Assembly (NCBI RefSeq): GCF_006345805.1
Contig: NW_021832512.1
Span: 1 to 30,260, forward strand
DNA length: 30,260 nucleotides
From: Octopus sinensis
Taxonomy: Eukaryota
Direction of reading: 5' to 3'
This document shows positions 9,751-20,657 of this stretch, piece by piece (the stretch's first letter is position 1; every line of letters begins with the position of its first letter). Under the pieces are notes generated by a model, which saw nothing but the letters and a program-made list of their open reading frames with translations, was not told where the DNA came from and did not search any database. A program made the translations under genes and the position numbers.

Positions 9751-10123
9751 TGTATATATTCACATATATGTAGGTATGTACTTATATGTATGTATGTATG
9801 CATGTATATATTTATATATTATTTATATTATCATATGGTCGAACGACACGCATCCTTTACCAACTAAGTTTTATTTATCTATCTATCTATATATGTGTGT
9901 GTCTGTGTGAGAGAGAGAGAGCGAGGGGGAGAAAGAGAGAGAAGTTTTATAATTGTTTGGAACTATTGAGGATTCTAACCATTTTAGAGCACTGTCTTAT
10001 TTTCCGCTTAACAAATTTCACTCAAAGAAGCCGATGTGCAATGTACCACGATGTGGGATCAAACTTAAAACCACATGGCTGTGAACCGAACTTCTTTAAC
10101 CATTCAGCTTTCTTTTTCTTTCT

Positions 10124-10155
<32 letters not shown>

Positions 10156-10519
10156 TCGTTCTTTCTTTATTTACTTTATTTCTTTCTTTCTTTATTTACT
10201 TATTTACTTTACCCTTTTTTCAAATTTATATTTTGACAGCTGTTAACCTGTCAAACCTGTACCTGTTCAAGTGGAACATTAACGGTACCCACATGACATA
10301 TTTCGGAGGATCTAGGAAGGGTGAAGGGCACAGCAACCTCTTCCCACAGATCAAAATTACTCTATGTGTACATTATCCAAAGTGTCCTACTCTTCAAAAC
10401 AATCTAGTGAATATGAAGCGAAGTAGCAGAGTCGATGGCGCGCCGGATAGAATACCTTTCGGCATTTTTTCCCGACTCCCTGCGTCCAGATCTCGCTGAG
10501 GCCAACTTTTTCTTTCATT

Positions 10520-10520
10520 C

Positions 10521-10572
<52 letters not shown>

Positions 10573-10601
10573 CCACCACCACCACCACCACCACCACCAC
10601 C
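10520..10601. repeat. (CAT)n-(CAC)n compound microsatellite
   Basis: Direct reading. It is the source of the poly-S/P/M/V ORFs. Confidence 0.97.
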
Positions 10602-10629
10602 AGCCCATGGTCACTGTTGTATCTTGTCC

Positions 10630-10848
10630 AAGGACTCATAGGGTCAGTAGCTCGGTCTCCATGACATATATAAGATCTTAACGTCAGTCCTGAACGGGAC
10701 GTCAAGTTGTCGCTGAGTTACCCATTTGCGGCTGAGTGGACTGGAGTATTTTTGCTTAAACATACAACGAACCTCTCAGTCCAGGGATGGAAACCACGAT
10801 TTTGCGATCGTGGGTGCAACACCCTCACCACTAGGCCACACGCGTCTT
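10630..10848 (-). mobile_element. Decayed tRNA-derived SINE, family C
   Basis: GCTGAGTGGACTGGAG..TTTTGCT..GTCCAGGGATGGAAACCACGATTTTGCGATCGTGGGTGCAAC..CCACTAGGCCACACG; the reverse complement gives the A-box TGGCCTAGTGG. Collinear with 24450-24681. Confidence 0.75.
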
Positions 10849-11711
10849 TCCATTCTTTCATTCTGTCGGAGTCGATAAAAAGAAAGTATCAATCCAAGAG
10901 AGATTGACTGACGGTGTTGTAAAAATATCGAACCGGATGCTAAGGGATGTTTGCTCTGGTTCTTTGCGTTTTGTGTTTAAATTTTCCCATTGCGTACTTG
11001 AGTGGTTGACTTAATCTGTTGCTCGTTTCAAGACCACAGCTTAGTACCGTGAGTTGATGCTTTTAGCGAAGTTCATTCTATTGCTAGGTTTCCGGATTAA
11101 GAGTACTTTTTTTTCCTACTTCCCTTCCTCCCACCTATCTCCGACACCATGTAAAGTGTCATGGACACTGCCTTCAACCCTGACTAAAAGGTAATAAAAT
11201 AAACAACGTTGAGTACAATTTGAAGAGCATATCGCTGCTATTTCTACCAAGTGGTATAACCAGGTAGAAGTAACTCTAAGCTAGTTCTGATTGCTTAGAT
11301 ACAAAATCAAAGCCTTTCCAGTCATTACCATACAGTCTGTTTATGTGTATGTAGGACTACATTATAATTAAAATTTATTAAAATACCACATCGGTATCAA
11401 CATTTTGTGTTTTTCATTTGGTAAATGTAAAATATAAAACAAAATAAACTTTAAAATGAAAGAGAACACACGGGAGAAATTCCATAGCGATAAAACACTC
11501 ATAAAATCAAATGTTCAACCCGTTTCATAGCAACATTACATGATGATTCAAGTATTCGTTAAGTTGCGCAGCAATAGGAAATGATGAAAGTTCAATAATT
11601 CGCCAAATTTTTATAACAATAACATATTACGAAAATTTAGAAGAGGCGCTAAGAAAAGGCATCGCAACCGACATGTTCACTGTGAGATTGACTGTCGACC
11701 AATTTTTTTCT

Positions 11712-12105
11712 ACTCTATGCACAAGGCCCGAAATTTTGAGGGGAGGGGGCCAGTCGATTAGATCGACCTCAGCATGCAACTGGTACTTGAGTTATCGACC
11801 CTGAAAGGATGAAAGGCAAAGTCGACCGCGGCGGAATTTGAACTCAGAACATAAAGACAGACGAAATACCTATTTCTATTTCTTTACTACCCACAAGGGC
11901 TAAACACAGAGGGGACAAACAAGGACAGACACATGGATTAAGTCGATTACATCGACCCCAGCACGTAACTGGTACTTATTTAATCGACCCCGAAAGGATG
12001 AAAGGCAAAGTCGACCTCGGCGGAATTTGAACTCAGAACGTAGCGGCAGACGAAATACCGCTAAGCATTTCGTCCGGCGTGCTAACGTTTCTGCCAGCTC
12101 AACGC
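11712..12105 (-). mobile_element. SINE family B, two-module form
   Basis: Head GAGCTGGCAGAAACGTTAGCACGCCGG, then two copies of GGTATTTCGTCTG..GAGTTCAAATTCCGCCG.GGTCGACTTTGCCTTTCATCCTTTC.GGGTCGAT with different 3' tails. Confidence 0.92.
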
Positions 12106-12149
12106 CTTGGACTCTCGACCAATTCATCAACGCGAAGCATTAAGGCTGC

Positions 12150-13530
12150 ATTATCAGAGCTAATGTGCGTGCTCTAAAACACGAGGGGACGAAAGCTACT
12201 TGATAGGTCTGAGTGACAGAGGTTCAACGTGGCAACAGAATCACAGTTCTGTCTTTCGTGGGCCACAATGAACGTACGTTACTGGACTCCAAGCAAATAT
12301 GGTAGGGCTTTCAGAAACACTTCATTCGACTGTTCGCGATGAAAGACAGACTGGAATATAGGGTGAATTTTAGCGCTTACCGCGACGGCCAACCTCGTCT
12401 CTCGGTACAAGAAGTAGAGTGTTGCGAAAAGCCCAAAACAGCCATGGAAATACAGGAAATGATGGTTGGTTGCACGGAGAGCAAATCGCATGGTTTGGAT
12501 GGTTTGTCATACGAGTTTGAGAGACTTCTTGGCAGATAGCTACCACAACTGGCAGTAGGACAGGAAAATTCTGTTCCGTGAATCGAAGGAGGTAGTGCTG
12601 CTACAGACCTAAACAAATCATATTTGGCCCATAACACTGTTAAATGCGAATTTTAAAATATTGGCCAAGGTTTTAACAAACAGGTTGGCGCTTGTTGTTG
12701 AGGGTCTAAATCGTGATTTGCAAACGTGCGCCATCCCGAATAGAACTATATACAACAAGCCCCACCTCACCGTGACTGATGAATCGCAGACATGCGCTGA
12801 GGCTGTGACATCTTTAATGTTTCATTGTCGGTGAGCAGGTGTGGTCGCCGTTTGTCAAATGGTTATTTCTACAGCTTGTCACTATGTTAGACTTACATTC
12901 CTGGATCAAGCGTAGATGAAGCATAATTAGTGAGGGGTAAAACCGACGACGTTCTCAGGGAGACTCTAGGCGCTGGCGAGACTCAACTGCCGGTCTGATC
13001 CGGAGGATTTTTCAAACCGAGGCCCATAGATAATTTCTAGAAATCTCTGGCCTGGCAGTGCTACCGAAGGGTAGTGCCCATTCGAGATAAACTCTACAGA
13101 CATGGAAGATGCGCGCAGAGTGACGAAACTGTTTGGACGCACTTGTCCAGTGCCCGAGCATTACAGACTTGTAGAGTCATGTCAAACACTTGCTGTTGCG
13201 TACAGAATCGACCCGGCTATCATCTGAGTCGACTGTGAAGGTTGCTCCGCCGAATTTCTTTGGCTGAAAAGGATGGGCAATATTTATCTGTCTGGTGGCC
13301 TTAGCGAAAGAGGTTGTGTGGTGGTCCAGACTGAAGGAGCTGTAAACAGACACCTCGGTTTAACCCCATCACCCGATCTTTGGATGTTTTTAGCAGAGTC
13401 CACTTCATTGCAAGCATTCATCAGGTCTTATTTTGAGAATATCATGAACTTCCCCCCTTTCCCTCGCCACTTTCGGAATCTCGGCTAAGAGGCAATGGGC
13501 GTTGAAGAGCCTCCTCTGACTGCGCAATAA
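12150..13530 (+). mobile_element. Decayed, internally deleted L1/Tx1-clade LINE ORF2 remnant
   Basis: SKSHGLDGLSYEF (~12480); WPITLLNANFKILAKVLTNRLALVVEGLNRDLQTCAIPNRTIYNKPHL (12625-12768), which is Tx1-type RT domains 1-2; and LAWQCYRRVVPIRDKLYRHG..RCAQSDETV...LVQCP (~13048-13155), a C-terminal CCHC knuckle remnant. The catalytic YADD region is absent. Confidence 0.85.
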
Positions 13531-14097
13531 AAATATTTTCTTTGCTGTTGTAAATATAGTTATGCATCCATCTCAGCCTTTATTTAACTTTAATATAAAA
13601 TAAAGCAACAATAAAAATAGCAACAAGATCGCTAAACATGTCTTGTTCAATGCAAAACTGTACAGCATTCATTTGCTTAAAAAAATAAGTGGATATCGTT
13701 TACTTTACTCGTGTGAGTTTTTACTGGAAACGGTTCAAGATGTCAGAAATTATGCCTTAAGTAAATTTTAATGACACGGCATTGAATAATAGAAGTATTG
13801 ATAGTGTCATGCGTGTAATGTATATCATCAGTATATCTACGTGCTTTAATCTGTTTTGTAAAGTGTAAGAGGTTGGAGCTGTAATTTTCCATGATATCAA
13901 TTTACTGTTAGGTAAACCTAAATAGCATGATTTCAGTCTTGCTGAAGGATAAAATGCATCAACTTTGCAGACGGACGATTCTTCCAACTCTTCGAATCTG
14001 CAGCTCTTAAACATTAATTTTTTTTCCACATAAGCATAAAGCTTGAAATTTTGTCGAGTGGCTTCGTACACACAAACACACCACACACCACACACAC

Positions 14098-14132
14098 ATG
14101 TACGTACGTACGTATATATGTATATATGTATG

Positions 14133-14186
<54 letters not shown>

Positions 14187-14192
14187 TGTATG

Positions 14193-14226
<34 letters not shown>

Positions 14227-14359
14227 TGTATGTATGCATGTATGTATGTATGTATGTATGCTTGTATGTATGTATGTATGTATGTATGTATGTATGTATG
14301 CATGTATGTATGTATGTAAATATGTATGTATGTAAGTATCTATATATGTATGTATGTAA

Positions 14360-14434
<75 letters not shown>

Positions 14435-14541
14435 TGTATGTAAATATGTATGTATGCATGTATGTAAGAAAATATGTATGTATGTATGTATGTATGTAAA
14501 TATGTATGTACGTATGTATGTTTGTATGTATGTATGTATGT
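14098..14541. repeat. Long (TATG)n microsatellite with TAAA/TATA/CATG variants
   Basis: Direct reading, about 440 bp. Confidence 0.98.
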
Positions 14542-14609
14542 CTGTATAAAGAGACCGGCAAAAAAAGGTATCAGGCTATTAAAAAATAAGTACTGGGGGT
14601 CAATTCAAC

Positions 14610-14988
14610 GACTGCGGCCATGCTGAGGCACCGCCATGAGGAATTCTTAGTCGAATGAGTCGACACCTATACTTAATCTTTTTTAAAGGCTGGTACTTAT
14701 TTTATCGGTTTCTTTGCTGAACCGCTTGATTACGGAGACGTAAACCCACCAACTCCGGTTGTCAAGCGATGGTGGGAGATAGACAGACAAACAGACAGAC
14801 ACACACACACATATATCATAAATACATACGACGGCTTCTTCCAGTTTCTATCCACCAAATCCACGCACAAGGTTTTGGCTGGACCAAAGCTATAGTAGAA
14901 GACACCTGGCCAAAGTTTCACGCAGTGGTACTGAACCCGGAACCATATAGTTGGGAAGAAAGCTTCTAACCACACAGCCACACCTGCA
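14610..14988 (-). mobile_element. SINE family A, near full length
   Basis: Reverse complement begins GCAGGTGTGGCTGTGTGG (A box) and GGTTCAGTACC (B box). It has the family A body and an internal CA/TG microsatellite. Confidence 0.9.
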
Positions 14989-15150
14989 TATTATATAATA
15001 TGTGTATATATATATATATATATATAATATGTATGTGTGTCTATATATATATATATATATAGGTATGTGTGTGGTATATATATATATATATGTTTGTGTG
15101 TGTATATATAATATATATATATGTATATAATATATATATATATATATATA

Positions 15151-15217
<67 letters not shown>

Positions 15218-15257
15218 GTATATATATGTTATATATATGTATATATAAATGTATATA

Positions 15258-15346
<89 letters not shown>
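14989..15346. repeat. (TA)n-rich microsatellite tract
   Basis: Direct reading. Confidence 0.97.
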
Positions 15347-15351
<5 letters not shown>

Positions 15352-15473
15352 TAGTATTTATCTGTTGCATTGTTTTATCGCTAATTCAACACAGAATATA
15401 AACGGCCATAACCGTGAAAGTTATTTTGTCTGACACTCAGATGATTTAACCAATCCACAAATTTCTCAAATGT

Positions 15474-16045
15474 TCTAGGCACAAGGCCCGAAATTTTTCA
15501 TGGGGAGGGGGCCAGTCGATTAGATCGACCCAAGTACGCAACTGGTACTTAATTTATCGACCCCAAAAGGATGAAAGGCAAAGTCGACCTCGGTGGAATT
15601 AGAACTAAGAACGTAAAGAAAGACGAAACACCTATTTCTTTACTATCCACAAGGGGCTAAACACAGTGAGGACAAACAAGGGCAGACAAACGGATTAAGT
15701 CGATTATATAGTCCCCAGTGCGTAACTGGTACTTATTTAATCGACCCTGAAAAGATGAAAGGCAAAGTCGACCTCGGCGGAATTTGAACTCAGAACGTAA
15801 CGGCAGACGAAATACCTATTTCTTTAATACCCACATGGGGCTAAACACATAGAGGACAAACAAGGACAGACAAACGGATTAAGTCGATTATATCGACCCC
15901 AGTGCGTAACTGATACTTATTTAATCTACCCCGAAAGGATGAAAAGCAAAGTCGACCTCGGTGGAATTTGAACTCAGAATGTAACGGCAGACGAAATACC
16001 GCTAAGCATTTCGCCCGGCGTGCTAACGTCTCTGCCAACTCGCCA
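15474..16045 (-). mobile_element. SINE family B, three-module form
   Basis: CAAAGTCGACCTCGG recurs at ~15579, ~15763 and ~15947 (period ~184 bp). There is a single head at ~15990-16045 and a terminal tail GGGCCTTGTGCCTAGAA. Confidence 0.92.
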
Positions 16046-16074
16046 ACTTACAAATTTCTCAAATATTGACTATA

Positions 16075-16375
16075 GGTGTAGGCATAGCTGTATAATTAAG
16101 GAGCTCATTTGCAGTCGAAACTGTGCGGAAATATATCGTAAAAGTGTGCATGTATGTATGTGTTTGTGTGCCTTGTGCTTGTTTACTGCATTGCTCGACA
16201 ACCGGTATTGGTTTGTTTACGTCCTCGTAACTTAACCTTTTGGCAAAAAGCGGCCGACAAAATAAGCATCAATCATAAAAATATATACTGAGATCGATTT
16301 ATTCGACAAAACCCTCCAAAACGTTGCCCTATCATGGTCGCAGTCCAATGACTGGAACAAGTAAAAAGAGAAAAA
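16075..16375 (+). mobile_element. Decayed SINE family A with internal deletion
   Basis: GCTCGACAACCGGTATTGGTTTGTTTACGTCCTCGTAACTTA...CATGGTCGCAGTCCAATGACTGGAACAAGTAAAAAGAG matches the family A 3' half. Confidence 0.8.
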
Positions 16376-16569
16376 AGGATATACTTTTAATTCATGTAAT
16401 CAACATATAAAGAGCTCAGCCATATTTTCTGCATATAAATTAGTGTTCATGAAATGTCACTAAGTTAGCCATTTTGTTTTTACACCTACCTCGCATTGCC
16501 ACACGTGATGTTCGATATTTCGAAGCACTTAACTCCTGACGGTTTAAAGTTCACTTCATGACCTTGCTA

Positions 16570-16975
16570 TTTTTTTATTCTCACTTAGATTGACTTTGCC
16601 TTTCATCTTTTTCAGGGTCTATCAAATAAGCACGGTTTGGGCCCTGGGGTCCGTATAATCCTTGAAATTTCAGGCCTTGTACCTATAGTAGAAAAATTTA
16701 TTTATTTTAGTTATAAGCGACGTGTTGGCAGAATCCTTAGCACGTCGGAGAAAATGTATAGCGATATTTTTCTCAGCTCTGTAGAGTCTGAGTTCAAATC
16801 TCACCGACGTTGATTTTTTTTTTGTGGGTACGTTTTTTCTTTTTGCTTTTTGCCTTTCATCATTTCGGGGTCGATAAAATAAAATCCCAGTATATCACTG
16901 AGGTGGTTGTATTGTAATCGATTTACTTAACCTCGCCAACCCAAAAATTGTTGGCCTAGTGCCAAAATTTAAAAC
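16570..16975 (+). mobile_element. Two decayed family B SINEs in tandem
   Basis: TTGACTTTGCCTTTCATCTTTTTCAGGGTCTAT..AAATTTCAGGCCTTGTACCTATAGTAGAAA, then TGGCAGAATCCTTAGCACGTCGG..GAGTTCAAATC..GCCTTTCATCATTTCGGGGTCGATAAAAT. Confidence 0.8.
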
Positions 16976-17126
16976 TCCCGTTTTTAATTCATCTGCCAAA
17001 GTTTTCATTTTTGAAATTGTCATTATTTTAAAAATACCGACCGTCTATTAACAATAATAATATTTGGTAAAGAAAAATAGCTAAGATTTTCGATTATAAA
17101 CATTTAAATTATATTAGGTTTCAAGT

Positions 17127-17320
17127 TTTGCACAAGGCCAGCAATTTCGAGGGAGGGGGAAAGTCGATTACATCCACCCCTGTGCTTAATTGGTACTTGT
17201 TTTGTCGACCCCGAAAGGGTGAAAGGCAAAGTTGACCTCGGTGGAACTGGAATTCAGAACATAAAGAGACGAAATGCCGCAAAGCGTTTTGCCTGGTGTG
17301 CTAACGACTCTGCAAGCTCG
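17127..17320 (-). mobile_element. SINE family B, single-module form
   Basis: GCACAAGGCCAGCAATTTCG..GTCGACCCCGAAAGGGTGAAAGGCAAAGTTGACCTCGG..GCTAACGACTCTGCAAGCTCG. Confidence 0.88.
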
Positions 17321-17353
17321 GAGTCCTAAATATTTAAATTATATTAATATCAA

Positions 17354-17606
17354 AACAAGAGCTCTCAGAGAGCGCAAACCTCCGCCAAGGCAATACCAAC
17401 GTTTTCTCAACGATTAGCCGGAGATGATTTTTAAAATGAGAATATCTGAAATAAACTCGACTGCTCTCACAAACGTGAATACTAAAAATGAACCAAACCG
17501 CTCTCAAAAATTAAGTAAAAAAAAAAAAAAACGGAAAAAATTACCCAGAATCCTTGTCCGGTACCGGATCAATCCCAAAATCTAATCAGTTCGTGCCAGT
17601 CACAAG
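17354..17606 (-). mobile_element. Helentron/Helitron2-type non-autonomous element, one end only
   Basis: Terminal hairpin GCTCTC-A-GAGAGC (17361-17373) lies next to the subterminal motif ACCTCCGCCAAGG (17378-17390), beside an A-run. The internal GGATCAATCCCAAAATCTAATCAGTTC is typical of such elements as I recall them. The partner subterminal repeat is missing. Confidence 0.6.
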
Positions 17607-17877
17607 ATTTCTTAAGGAAATAAAAACATGATTATTCTTAATGATTCTTTTTATTTTTATTTCTTTAAGAAATATTGTTTAATTCTGTTTGATTATTTAT
17701 TAAAAAGATATATTTATTTAACTATTATTGCTATTATTGCTGACCTGAAGAGTGACTATACTTTTAAACTGAATTGTTTTTGGATCAATTAAATTTAAAT
17801 TTAATTGTAATTCGAATTGAAGTTGTAGCCACGAAACATACGTAGTGTTTTTACTTATTATATACTGTTTATTTATT

Positions 17878-17948
<71 letters not shown>

Positions 17949-18045
17949 CTAGATAAATATTTCATCATATATTTTATTTTTTTCTGTATGATATGTTTTA
18001 TGTCTATCATTGTTTGAATTACATAATAGTGGTTTTTCTTAATTT
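17607..18045 (+). mobile_element. PLE pLTR remnant with short 5' inversion
   Basis: Contains the hammerhead above. It begins with a 20 bp inverted repeat (17607-17626 / 17654-17673, 19/20), contains (ATT)n at ~17880-17948 and ends in (TA)n. Confidence 0.5.
17742..17847 (+). ncRNA. Type I hammerhead ribozyme motif with extended stem II
   Basis: CTGAAGA (17745-17751), then an 81 nt stem II closed by GTGACTATA/TGTAGCCAC with inner GAATTG/TAATTC, then GAAA (17833-17836) C ATAC GTA gtg. Stem I is reduced to AC/GT. Confidence 0.7.
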
Positions 18046-18065
18046 ATATATATACATACATATAT

Positions 18066-18121
<56 letters not shown>

Positions 18122-18339
18122 CGAGGGGATGCTGGAAGGTTCCTGGCTTTAAGGTTATCGTGAAAGGCCTTGCTGGAGGCCCAAACTACCGAGCTCTTTT
18201 ACAAGGCTTGGAAAAACTGAAGGACTGCTGCAATAAGTGTGTGAATCTTAGAGTGGGAAATGTTGAATAAAATCATAATTAACTGATTCTCCTGTATTTT
18301 CTTTAACCTAAAGCCAGGAACTTTTCCAGTGCACTCTCA
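18122..18339 (+). mobile_element. Non-autonomous mariner deletion derivative (MITE)
   Basis: TA-flanked imperfect TIRs CGAGGGGATGCTGGAAGGTTCCTGGCTTTA / TAAAGCCAGGAACTTTTCCAGTGCACTCTCA. The internal LQGLEKLKDCCNKCVNLRVGNVE* resembles the mariner transposase C-terminus (GIxKLxxRWxKCxxxxGxYVE). Confidence 0.85.
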
Positions 18340-18532
18340 TATTTTAAAAAATCACCGGCACTCCCTTTATAAACCACTGAACAATTTACTAGGATTCTGA
18401 TATGTCCCTAAACTATTCCATTAGGTTGTAGTCCTTAATCTATATAACATTGATCATATATAGCTTATCTGAATTCACATACTGAATATGGATGGAAAAA
18501 TTTCTTGCCAAACATTGGACTCTATTTGCAAA

Positions 18533-19042
18533 TCTATATATATAAAACTGTAGTTGTGTGAGTGTCTGTCCCCTTCGATTTAGATTCCTAACTACTCCCA
18601 CATTTTGCGGTGCAGTTTAACCAAATTCGGGTATCTTATAGTCATGATTCATATCGAGCCCGTCTGAGTATTAGCGCGCGTCTACGATGAGTCTACGATT
18701 TTAAAAATAATTAACATCATTTTTTATTCCATTTTAATGCATAATTTTTCGTGTGTCGATGGCGGCGGAGTTGGCGTCCATGGTCACACCTGCACCTGTT
18801 GCTTCTCCCCCTTCTTCCCTCCCTCGTGAAGCTGTGGGGAAGGGAGTGTAAGGAATCAACGTCGTAAAGCGTTGTCAAGGAGACCAGCGTTCTTTTAGAA
18901 CAACGACTTCATGGCTTGAAGACACCAAAACAGAAATGGCTAAGAAAGCCCGAATTGGCATCTATAAGGGAAGTAACTCTCTAAAAATGCTTATATAGTT
19001 ATTTCCCTTACAAACCCGAGCAACGCCGGGCGATACTGCTAG
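18533..19042 (+). mobile_element. Non-autonomous Helitron, complete ends (510 bp)
   Basis: 5' TCTATATATATAAAA, 3' GC hairpin CCCG-A-GC-AAC-GC-CGGG (19015-19030) and terminal CTAG. Inserted between A (18532) and T (19043) with no target duplication. Confidence 0.88.
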
Positions 19043-19510
19043 TCAGTTATAAAAATGTTCATGAGTTTGGTCTAGTTTATAATGCCGTAGGGTGAAGAGA
19101 AACACGATGCTTATGGTCTCTTCTTTTGCATGAAAGAAAAGAGCAGATTTCCGTCCGATAAGATTTCGGGAAGATGTTGTTTGCATAGCTATATATAGAC
19201 GAAAAAAAAATAACCATATACAAATGCTTTCTTGATAAACAGTCATAAATAATATCGAGTGATGAACAAACAATTTATTAATAACTGTATAGCATACACA
19301 AATACCCATTCTTGTGTTCACACACACACACACACACGCATTCTATTGAATCACCAAGTGGTGATAAATTACAGAACTTATTACGTAAATTTACCGTATT
19401 CCTTGATAAATTGTAACTGAATAGACCCAAAATTTCAGTTACCCCGAGTTTCGTGTTTCCGTTCTTTCAGCTGACAATCTGAAATTGTTGCTTCTTAAAT
19501 TATTGGTTGT

Positions 19511-19561
<51 letters not shown>

Positions 19562-19571
19562 ATATATTTAT

Positions 19572-19682
19572 TGGCCTGCTCGCTTAGCCAGCGGGGTGGC
19601 GTCATTCGAAGGCTAAAACAATGCGAACGCATTGTGACCAGCGATGTGTAACAACATCTGATGGTCTAGTCGGTCACGTGAT

Positions 19683-19690
<8 letters not shown>
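19572..19690 (+). mobile_element. Structured GC-rich island in (TA)n, probably a retroposon 3' end
   Basis: Hairpins TTAGCC/GGCTAA, ACAATGCG/CGCATTGT and GATGT/ACATC, with a terminal repeat (TCACGTGA)x2 running into (TA)n. Confidence 0.5.
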
Positions 19691-19758
<68 letters not shown>

Positions 19759-19784
19759 TATACCTATATATACATATGTATACG

Positions 19785-20000
19785 TAGGATGATAAAATGA
19801 AGTACAACATTAATTGGTCCATAGTAAGGTATGCGAAACCATGCAGTATAATTTCCAGAAGATGCCGTCTCTGCTCCGAGGAATCCCTGTCTATTCTGTG
19901 GACGAACGAGAAGATGATTAATAGAATTTCTGAACGACTCTCGAGATGCTTACACGCATACAAATGTACTTTCGCACAATGCAGTGAGAATGAATTTTGA
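19785..20000 (+). pseudogene. Penelope-like element GIY-YIG endonuclease C-terminal fragment (Hydra-clade-like)
   Basis: YNINWSIVRYAKPCSIISRRCRLCSEESLSIL...MINRISERLSRCLH matches the PLE endonuclease C-terminal pattern WxI..A.PY....xCxLCxxE..I....LNKRSE..SxCxH. It is 5'-truncated against a microsatellite. Confidence 0.75.
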
Positions 20001-20589
20001 GTAAGCGTTAACTTAACTTAATCTACCTTAAGATATGGATGACTTAAGTTTACTTTTGACCTCCCCATTCTTTTAAACATCAAGTAGATAACTAACTCGT
20101 TTTGTGATCATGAGTGCACCAAACCTCACGCGTGCGTATGCTCGTATTTTTGCGGATGCTTGTATGAGCGAGTGTACTCAGCCATGCAGCTTGCCCGAGG
20201 GTGTTTACACATCCATATTTGTTAACGGTTATTTTCAATACTTTTCTCGCTGGGTTGCGTGTTCGTTTCTCTTTTTGCCATCTGTGACTTTTTGATCTTC
20301 TATATAAATGAAGATATTTCCTCTGTCTCACTGCTTTTCTGTACAAAACAGAAAGTTACATTTCAGAACAGTCATTTTAACAAGTTGTGTTTTAACAAGT
20401 TGTGTTTATTTATCACCCATCGAAATACATCTGCACCACCGGATGCTCCTGAACCAGTTGTTGAGTGTCACACCCAATAGGAATCGATGCTAGATGTGTC
20501 GAAGCAATTTGTCATGATTAATAAAAAAATTCTCGTATGTTCCATCTTCCATCTTACATTTGCTGTATATATACATATGTATGTGTGTA

Positions 20590-20657
20590 GTTAAAATTTA
20601 CAGAAAACAAAAGACGAAGACAGGTGAGGGAATAACAAGCAGGTGTATTAGTTAGAC
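20590..20657 (-). mobile_element. Fragment of the same repeat family as 30062-30260
   Basis: AAAACAAAAGACGAAGACAGGTG...TGTATTAGT is shared with 30094-30142. Confidence 0.75.

Noticed and set aside
9786-10705. 237 aa ORF and poly-S/P/M ORFs
   Set aside because: They run through microsatellites, a (TTTC)n tract and SINE remnants, with no domain signal.
12777-12805. CTGATGA followed by a small hairpin
   Set aside because: No GAAA box follows, and it lies within the Tx1 remnant.
13757-14561. ORFs of MYVC/HTYI repeats
   Set aside because: (TATG)n microsatellite.
15474-16045. Regularly spaced repeats superficially like a CRISPR array
   Set aside because: The whole ~184 bp unit repeats with no unique spacers, the context is a eukaryotic SINE, and there are no cas genes.
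19435-19475. Minus-strand CTGAAAGA..GAAACTCGGGGTA hammerhead-like string
   Set aside because: The core has an extra base and no stem II pairing. It may be a decayed motif but is not supportable.
19572-19625. Possible HDV-like ribozyme (GGCCTGCTCGC...GGCTAA)
   Set aside because: I could not construct the P1/P2/P3 nested pseudoknot. Simple hairpins explain the pairing.
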